Source of the DNA: a virus
Lineage: Duplodnaviria; Caudoviricetes
DNA: 28,067 nt
IMG/VR virus record: IMGVR_UViG_3300037461_001112
Location: 1-28,067 of that record
Strand: one strand, 5' to 3'
A model generated the notes under the pieces. That model worked only from the letters and a program-made list of their open reading frames with translations. It made no database searches and was not told the DNA's origin. Numbering within the stretch: position 1 is the first letter of the stretch; every line of letters starts with the position of its first letter. Position numbers and translations under genes: made by a program. Shown here one piece after another: positions 17,955 through 23,718 of this stretch.

Positions 17955-18280
17955 TCGAACCCCTTATGTCTCTCTCTCTCTTGAACCTACGGTTACGCTT
18001 TAACCTTTTTAAAAATTTTCGCTTTTTTTTTCAAATCCGGTTAGGAGAAAGAGTTACGACGGATTCGGAAAGTGCTGCCTATAAATTTTCTTTTTATATA
18101 TGTAATTCTTCTTTCTTTAACTCTCTGTATTAATGTATTTATAGCCTGCGCTTTTCTCACGGGAAGGTTGCGGGCAAATAAGATTAAGAACACGATCAGG
18201 TTACAACAACAATCAAAGGAGAACCGCATGGCGCTTGACTTCTTTGTAAAGCTTTCTGGCCATTGTAGTAAGGCTATTTC
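17955..18280. other. AT-rich, pyrimidine-skewed core between the inverted arms; candidate replication origin or invertible segment
   Basis: Long T and A tracts, a (TC)n run and TATATAT in an otherwise GC-balanced genome. Adjacent to the initiator-DnaC-DnaB-DnaG genes. Confidence 0.55.
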
Positions 18281-18359
18281 CCGTAACTTTTCCGTCACGC
18301 AGGGTCAACGCACAAGTGCGCAAGGTGCTGTGGCACAGCACCTTATCCAGACGTATTAA
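18228..18359 (+). CDS. Possible 43-aa small ORF crossing the right repeat arm
   Basis: AAGGAG at 18216-18221, 6 nt before the ATG. No recognisable protein motif. Confidence 0.3.
   Translation: MALDFFVKLSGHCSKAISRNFSVTQGQRTSAQGAVAQHLIQTY
18281..18331. repeat. Right arm of perfect 51-bp inverted repeat
   Basis: CCGTAACTTTTCCGTCACGCAGGGTCAACGCACAAGTGCGCAAGGTGCTGT; exact reverse complement of 17904-17954. Confidence 0.97.
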
Positions 18360-18376
18360 AGCAAGGGGGTTTTGCC

Positions 18377-19474
18377 ATGAAGTGCTTATCTTGTGGGGCT
18401 GAGCTGACGCGACAGAAGAAGTTCTGCTCCCGCATTTGCTACCGCTCTCTAACTGTAAAAACTTGCCCTTCGTGCCAAAAGGAGTTCCATGTGAGAAAGA
18501 GTGAGCAATTGTACTGTAGCAAGCGGTGCGCGGGGCAAGAGAAACTCCGTTCTGCCCGCACCTGCACGGCGTGCGGCGTTAAGTTCTTGCCGACACATCC
18601 TGATCAACAGTATTGTAGCCAGGTGTGCAAGTCCAAGTCACAAGAAACTGGCTTCACTCCTAAATCCTTGACATTCCGGGAATTCGTGCGCCCACCTAAA
18701 GGGCATTGGCGGAGCATGCCCCCGGAAAAGTGGGGCCTCACTCAGTACTGGTCGTGGTTGAGAGACAGCATAGCAGCGGATGGTTTCAGCGTGCTGTCCC
18801 CGCTTCCCGTAAATGAAATGGGAAAGTTACGGCAATTCCACCGCAACTATGACAACGGGGATGGCTCCAGGGGTGTGACGATGGCACGCCTGCGTGATGT
18901 TGGCTACTATCTCATCCGTGACTTTTCAATATTCTGCCGGCACTTTAGCTGGACTCCGCCGTTCACCCCTGGCACCCTAATCGGCTTTTGGCCGTCGATA
19001 GTGGCCGTGACAGCCGGGAAATGTACGGGCATATTCCAGCAGTATGACCCCAACACCGCTGGCGGGTGGGAGACGGTTCGGACTCCTCCGGAGGAATCTA
19101 AAGTCTATGGCTGGGATGGGGTACAGGCCACAGGCACTAAACCTGCCTCTAAGAAGACCGACTGGCAACATTTGGAGAAGGAAAAATGGTCGGCGACGAC
19201 GGTGTGGGCGGCGGTGTCGTCGCTGCGCGATATCGGAAACCCAGTGCAAGAACTCACGCGACACAACCGCAAGGACCTCAATGCGCTGATCGCGCAGGAG
19301 GGCATTCTAACTGTGGGGCTGGTGGTGGAGGAGCTGGTAAAGGACTTCTCATGGCACTCTAAATTCCTTCCCTGGGACGGGCCTATACGCCCTAAAGCCA
19401 TCGTTGGGTTTTGGCCGGCGATCAAAAAAACGGTGCTGAAAAAGGTGCCCTATTTGTTGGAGGTCAGCGTATGA
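18377..19474 (+). CDS. Zn-finger protein with a duplicated C-terminal domain; candidate replication initiator
   Basis: Three CxxC..[FY]CSxxC fingers, then two ~80-90 aa repeats ending GFWP.I. Translationally coupled (ATGA) to the DnaC-like gene. Confidence 0.6.
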   Translation: MKCLSCGAELTRQKKFCSRICYRSLTVKTCPSCQKEFHVRKSEQLYCSKRCAGQEKLRSARTCTACGVKFLPTHPDQQYCSQVCKSKSQETGFTPKSLTFREFVRPPKGHWRSMPPEKWGLTQYWSWLRDSIAADGFSVLSPLPVNEMGKLRQFHRNYDNGDGSRGVTMARLRDVGYYLIRDFSIFCRHFSWTPPFTPGTLIGFWPSIVAVTAGKCTGIFQQYDPNTAGGWETVRTPPEESKVYGWDGVQATGTKPASKKTDWQHLEKEKWSATTVWAAVSSLRDIGNPVQELTRHNRKDLNALIAQEGILTVGLVVEELVKDFSWHSKFLPWDGPIRPKAIVGFWPAIKKTVLKKVPYLLEVSV

Positions 19475-20049
19475 TCCTGTCAGAAAAAACGCTCGGGGTC
19501 AGCCGGGCGATGCTTGAAAGCGCCCACATCCCGGAAAACTTCTGGTCGCTACAGCTTCGTGGAAATCCGCAGACACCCGAGGTGTATGCACAGATGCAGT
19601 CTATCCTTGCCACTCTCTCCGAGTGGTTATTCACTAACCAGGGTGTCTTAATCAACGGGCTATGCGGGGCGGGGAAGACGTCCTACGGGTGCATTTTGCT
19701 CAGGCAGGCAATGGCGTACAGTGCCCGCTGCCTGTTCGTTTACGCCGCTGAAGTTCCCGCAATCTGGGATAAGCCAAACCCATCATCCGGTCAAATCTAC
19801 CACACCGATTTCCATTCTGCCGACTTGCTTTTGCTCGATGATTTAGGGCAGGAGGATTCCATCTCTAAGTTCGATGGGCAGAAGAAGGTGGAGTTCATCA
19901 TCCGCAGCCGGTACGATGCAGGGCGGCCAACGGTGGCCACCAGCAATTACACCATCCCTGAGTTGATCCGCCGTCATGGGGTGTTGTTTGAGGGCCTCAT
20001 GCGCCGGGCCTTCCCTAACGTGCTTTCATTCACTAAAAAACTTTTTTAG
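19471..20049 (+). CDS. dnaC: DnaC/IstB-like AAA+ helicase loader
   Basis: Walker A GLCGAGKTS, Walker B LLLLDDLG, RY...RPTVATSN. Start corrected to ATG 19471 (GGAGG SD). Confidence 0.88.
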   Translation: MILSEKTLGVSRAMLESAHIPENFWSLQLRGNPQTPEVYAQMQSILATLSEWLFTNQGVLINGLCGAGKTSYGCILLRQAMAYSARCLFVYAAEVPAIWDKPNPSSGQIYHTDFHSADLLLLDDLGQEDSISKFDGQKKVEFIIRSRYDAGRPTVATSNYTIPELIRRHGVLFEGLMRRAFPNVLSFTKKLF

Positions 20050-20060
20050 GAGAAAAGGAT

Positions 20061-20243
20061 ATGACCCCAGAATCTTTGAAGATAAAGCTTCCCGTAAGTG
20101 TGTTCCTGCTTGAAAAAGTAGTTCAGGCCGTGAGCAGTTATGCAAACGACATGGAGACCGACTACACCTGCACGGTTGAAGACGGCTTTTTGGTTATGGA
20201 AGACACTGGTAATTTTCGGGGTGCTGAGGAGGGGAAGCGGTAG
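20061..20243 (+). CDS. Hypothetical protein (60 aa)
   Basis: Purine-rich SD region; exactly fills the gap between the loader and helicase genes. Confidence 0.65.
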   Translation: MTPESLKIKLPVSVFLLEKVVQAVSSYANDMETDYTCTVEDGFLVMEDTGNFRGAEEGKR

Positions 20244-20248
20244 CACGC

Positions 20249-21496
20249 ATGAACATAGACGCAGCATTTTTTTACTGCCTGTTGCGGGATGGCGACCCTA
20301 AGCCGCTGGCGGCGACCCCCCGCGAATGGGTCACGAAGGAGTGGTGGGGGGTCTACGACTTTGTCGTGGAGTGTATGGCTAACCCGCAGATGCACCATCT
20401 CCCTAAGCTGGAGACGGTGGTGGAGCGGTGCGGCGTGCAGTTTACCCACACGGATGAGGATGTTGGCTACTATATTGGTCTGCTGTGCAAGCGGGCAGCT
20501 CGGCTTTCTCTGGAAGATGGCATAACCCGTGAGCTTTTGCCGCTCTTGCGCGATCCGTCCGACATGGAGTTCAACCCCATCGCGGCGGCGGAAAAGATGC
20601 TGCTTCTCTGCGCTTCGATTCAACGAAAGTATCGGCAGCGGGGGGCGGCGGTGCTCGACTATAACCGGGATTTAGCCCCCCGCGTTGTCGCGTACAATCA
20701 GAGAAAAGAGCGGGGTGGGATGATTGGCATCCCATACCCGTTCGAGCCCATGAATGCCGCCACTGGGGGCATGATCGGTGGTGAAGGTACAGTCATGCTG
20801 GCGCGTAGTGGTGTGGGGAAGACTTGGCTGTTTTCCAGGGTCTGCAACCACGCGGTGGAAAACGGGTATTCGGTGCTTGCCCTCTCTCAGGAGATGCGCC
20901 CCAGGGAATTGAGCGTGCGCCTGGACGCCTTAGGGGCACGTGTTTCCCCCGAGCGCTTTTGGCGCGGCACATTGAGTGTAGAGGAGGAGCTGCGCGTGCG
21001 CGAGTACTATACATCTTTGCCACAGCGCAAGGGTAACATTTACATGTACGGGCCATCGGACATCAACAGTTTTGCCGCCTTCGAGGCCCTGCTGACTACG
21101 ATGCGCTCTAAAGTTGACCTTGTGGCGTGGGATAGCCCATATTTGGTCATCCGCTCTGACAGGTGGGAACAGCGCGCGGATTTCTGCCACTGCCTAAAGC
21201 AGACTATCGAGGACTTCGACATTCCGCTATTCGTCACCTGGCAGCTCAACCGGCAAAATGAGCCGGCGCTTACGGATGCCATCCTCACCGACATGGACCA
21301 GGATTTCGTCGCCACCAACGAGAACTTGAAGCAAGTCATGCAGCTCTTGATCTCTTCGATGAAGACGCGGACGGGCCTGGAGCTTGAGAAACTGCTGCTC
21401 AAATGGGATCTCAGCGAGGGGATAGCGGATGTCATCTCCTGGCGGATCCCTGGATATGGGGACTCCCATGCGTCTTATGTGGTGGAGGATGTGTGA
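20249..21496 (+). CDS. dnaB: Replicative DnaB-like helicase
   Basis: ARSGVGKT (H1), SQEM (H1a), AWDSPYL (H2), QLNR (H3). Confidence 0.92.
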   Translation: MNIDAAFFYCLLRDGDPKPLAATPREWVTKEWWGVYDFVVECMANPQMHHLPKLETVVERCGVQFTHTDEDVGYYIGLLCKRAARLSLEDGITRELLPLLRDPSDMEFNPIAAAEKMLLLCASIQRKYRQRGAAVLDYNRDLAPRVVAYNQRKERGGMIGIPYPFEPMNAATGGMIGGEGTVMLARSGVGKTWLFSRVCNHAVENGYSVLALSQEMRPRELSVRLDALGARVSPERFWRGTLSVEEELRVREYYTSLPQRKGNIYMYGPSDINSFAAFEALLTTMRSKVDLVAWDSPYLVIRSDRWEQRADFCHCLKQTIEDFDIPLFVTWQLNRQNEPALTDAILTDMDQDFVATNENLKQVMQLLISSMKTRTGLELEKLLLKWDLSEGIADVISWRIPGYGDSHASYVVEDV

Positions 21497-22440
21497 TGTT
21501 GGACGGCGAGATTCAGACTTTGGCCGACCTGCTTGGCAGTGGCTGGCATCGAGCCGGAACAAGCCTTCAGATGAGTTGCCCTAACGCCCCATATTCGGCT
21601 GGGCATAAGGGTGTGGATAGCCACTTCTCTTTTGGGATCAAGGCCGCCGACGGCCCGTCGGTTTGCCATTGCTTTGCATGTCAGATCGGGGGCACAGTCC
21701 TGGAAGTTTTTTCCCGGCTGTTCGCGCAATGCCGGGTGAGCAAAGATGTATTCGCCTACGTCCAGGAGGTCGAGCGGTTCGACTTGAAAGGGGTGATCGA
21801 GCGGCTCGCTCGGAGGAGGAATAGGGTCGCCCAAGTGCGGGGGCCGGGTACTTTTAACCTCCTCGAGTTCACTAAAACGTGTCATAGCCAGTGGACGCAG
21901 GCGTCAAAATTTCTGATGGTAAGGGGCGTGACGGAAGAAGAGGTCAAGCGCTACCGCATTGGATTTGACGAGGTGCGGTCACGGGTGACATTCCCGTTTT
22001 TTTCTAAGGATGGCGACTGTGTCGCCTGCACTGGCAGAATGGTTGGTGATGGGCAGCCAAAGTACTGGCGCTATCCAACAACGAATGAAGCGGTCTTGTT
22101 TGGGGAGGAGCAGGTTGACAATTCACTGCAGCAGGTGGTGCTTGTGGAGGGGCCATTTGACTGTATCCGGGTGCGCCGTTTGCTACCCAATGTGCTTGCC
22201 CTAAATAGCCTGAATCTATCCTCTAGGCAGTGCGAGCGCCTGCTAGAGTTTGCTAACACGGTCTACCTAATGCTGGATGGAGACGATGCTGGCAAGCTCG
22301 GGATTGAGAAAATTGGTTCAGCGCTCCGGAGGAGGGTGCGGGTATTCGTTTTAGATGTGCTGGACGGGATCGACCCAGACCAAATGACGGATGCTCAGAT
22401 TTGGGCTTCCTATAAATCCGCAAAAATTTTTCACTATTGA
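21496..22440 (+). CDS. dnaG: DnaG-like DNA primase
   Basis: Zn-binding CP..H...CHCFAC, RVTFP..GR..PKY, TOPRIM VEGPFD and LDGDDAG. Start corrected to ATG 21496 (TGATG overlap, GGAGG SD). Confidence 0.92.
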   Translation: MLDGEIQTLADLLGSGWHRAGTSLQMSCPNAPYSAGHKGVDSHFSFGIKAADGPSVCHCFACQIGGTVLEVFSRLFAQCRVSKDVFAYVQEVERFDLKGVIERLARRRNRVAQVRGPGTFNLLEFTKTCHSQWTQASKFLMVRGVTEEEVKRYRIGFDEVRSRVTFPFFSKDGDCVACTGRMVGDGQPKYWRYPTTNEAVLFGEEQVDNSLQQVVLVEGPFDCIRVRRLLPNVLALNSLNLSSRQCERLLEFANTVYLMLDGDDAGKLGIEKIGSALRRRVRVFVLDVLDGIDPDQMTDAQIWASYKSAKIFHY

Positions 22441-22441
22441 A

Positions 22442-22469
22442 TTGACAAGTAGCCAAAAATTGCTATAAT
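22442..22469 (+). promoter_or_regulatory. Sigma70-type promoter P2
   Basis: Perfect TTGACA-16 nt-TATAAT with extended -10 TG, immediately after the primase stop codon. Confidence 0.9.
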
Positions 22470-22515
22470 ATGGTCTGTGTTTGTTTTGCCTTATGGCTTT
22501 TTTAAGGGAGTCTTT

Positions 22516-23685
22516 ATGACCTACTATGAACGGGGCTTAGGGAAGATGAAGCAGTATGCTCCGTCTACCACCGCCGCCCCCGAACGACAGAAGCGGTTTT
22601 CTCTAAAGAAGGGCGAAGTCGCCCGTCTTATGATCCTTACGCCAAGTGTGGCGGATGTGGTCTGTGCCTATGAGCACTCATGGTTTCGGCCGGGGGTGCC
22701 CGACAAGTTGGCTTTCAACATGTTCTGTACCTGCGAAGTGATGTCCTCGGGCGAAATGAATCCGCGTGCTTGCCCCCTGTGCGCAGAGCAGATGTTCAAC
22801 AACTTCATTTCTCGAAAATGCCGCGCCTATCTGTGGGTGGTGGATTTTCGAGTCTACGACATCGAGGGCAAGAAATGGGCGCACACCCCAAAGCTTTGGG
22901 TCCTGGGCAAGCAGGGGGCTGACCTCCTGGACTCGCTGCTGCAGGAAGCAGACCCCACGGGTAAGTGCGCGGGAACGGTAATCGACGTGCGCCGGCAGGG
23001 GGATCAGGCCGCTAATTGTGGCAGCCATTTCCAGATCAAAGGGAAGACTGACCCATGGGCGTGGCTCATAAAGAACTCGGCCCGTGGTGAATACTACCAG
23101 AAGGCGGTAATGAAGAAATCTGGAAGGAAACTCACCAGGGAAGAGGCGATCCGGGAGTACTACAGGGTCCCGGACATTGAGCAGCTCATCGCCCCCACTA
23201 GCGCCCGCAAGGAGTATTTCTTGGCGTACATCCGCCGTGTGATGGGGCAAACCCAGGCCCACCACGATAGCTACGGTGATCCTACGGACGATGTCGGCCG
23301 GAGAGCAGAGGCGTTCATGAACCAGGATTTTGGCAGTGAGCCGGATCCGAGCACCTTTGATGCGCCGCCGGCAGATGACCCGGTTTCTGCTGAAGAGGCC
23401 CCCGTGCCAGACGATCTACCAGAGATCGACCCCCCAGCAGATGACCATGCGGCGTTCGACGCCACGGTCCAGAAATTTGGGATGGTGGATGAGGTAAAGG
23501 GCACGCCACCTCCGCCGCCGAAGGCCCAATCAGCAATTCAGCCTCCGGTGGGTGCCTCCGCAGATGTCCTGCCTTCCGCCCCGGTTGAGGGGAAAAAGGA
23601 GGGGACGGTGGAGCCAGAGAAAAAAAGGAAGGGTAAACCGAAGTCGGAGCCGATAACTCCCAAAGATTTCGACACCTATAATTAG
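22516..23685 (+). CDS. Single-stranded DNA-binding protein (gp32-like) with acidic Pro-rich tail
   Basis: F.LK.GE.ARL.IL, YEH..CTC..CPLC Zn motif, ..DVRRQG.. OB-fold pattern, long D/E/P/A-rich C-terminus. Start at ATG 22516 after AAGGGAG. Confidence 0.72.
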   Translation: MTYYERGLGKMKQYAPSTTAAPERQKRFSLKKGEVARLMILTPSVADVVCAYEHSWFRPGVPDKLAFNMFCTCEVMSSGEMNPRACPLCAEQMFNNFISRKCRAYLWVVDFRVYDIEGKKWAHTPKLWVLGKQGADLLDSLLQEADPTGKCAGTVIDVRRQGDQAANCGSHFQIKGKTDPWAWLIKNSARGEYYQKAVMKKSGRKLTREEAIREYYRVPDIEQLIAPTSARKEYFLAYIRRVMGQTQAHHDSYGDPTDDVGRRAEAFMNQDFGSEPDPSTFDAPPADDPVSAEEAPVPDDLPEIDPPADDHAAFDATVQKFGMVDEVKGTPPPPPKAQSAIQPPVGASADVLPSAPVEGKKEGTVEPEKKRKGKPKSEPITPKDFDTYN

Positions 23686-23718
23686 AGGAGAGGGCCGGCC
23701 TCACCCGGCCCTGTTAGC
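23684..23718 (+). promoter_or_regulatory. SD followed by an 8-bp hairpin upstream of the polymerase start (split RBS)
   Basis: AGAGGAG, then AGGGCCGG-CCTCAC-CCGGCCCT, then GTTAGC-ATG. Confidence 0.55.

Noticed and set aside
18235-18270. Promoter starting at TTGACT
   Set aside because: No acceptable -10 hexamer at 16-18 nt spacing.
17904-18331. MITE or IS element with 51-bp terminal inverted repeats
   Set aside because: No target-site duplication, no transposase in the window, and similarity decays gradually outside the arms instead of ending sharply.
17867-18359. ORFs 17867-18133, 18041-18298 (-) and 18072-18359 as real genes
   Set aside because: Low-complexity translations of T/A tracts with no SD; only the internal ATG at 18228 has a good SD.
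17761-18376. Retron ncRNA, DGR template repeat, CRISPR array or tRNA
   Set aside because: No reverse transcriptase or cas gene, no adenine-variant copy of the fibre 3' end noticed, no regularly spaced direct repeats, no cloverleaf.
23691-23712. Intrinsic terminator after the SSB gene
   Set aside because: Good stem but no U-tract on either side; better explained as an RBS-related or stabilising hairpin.
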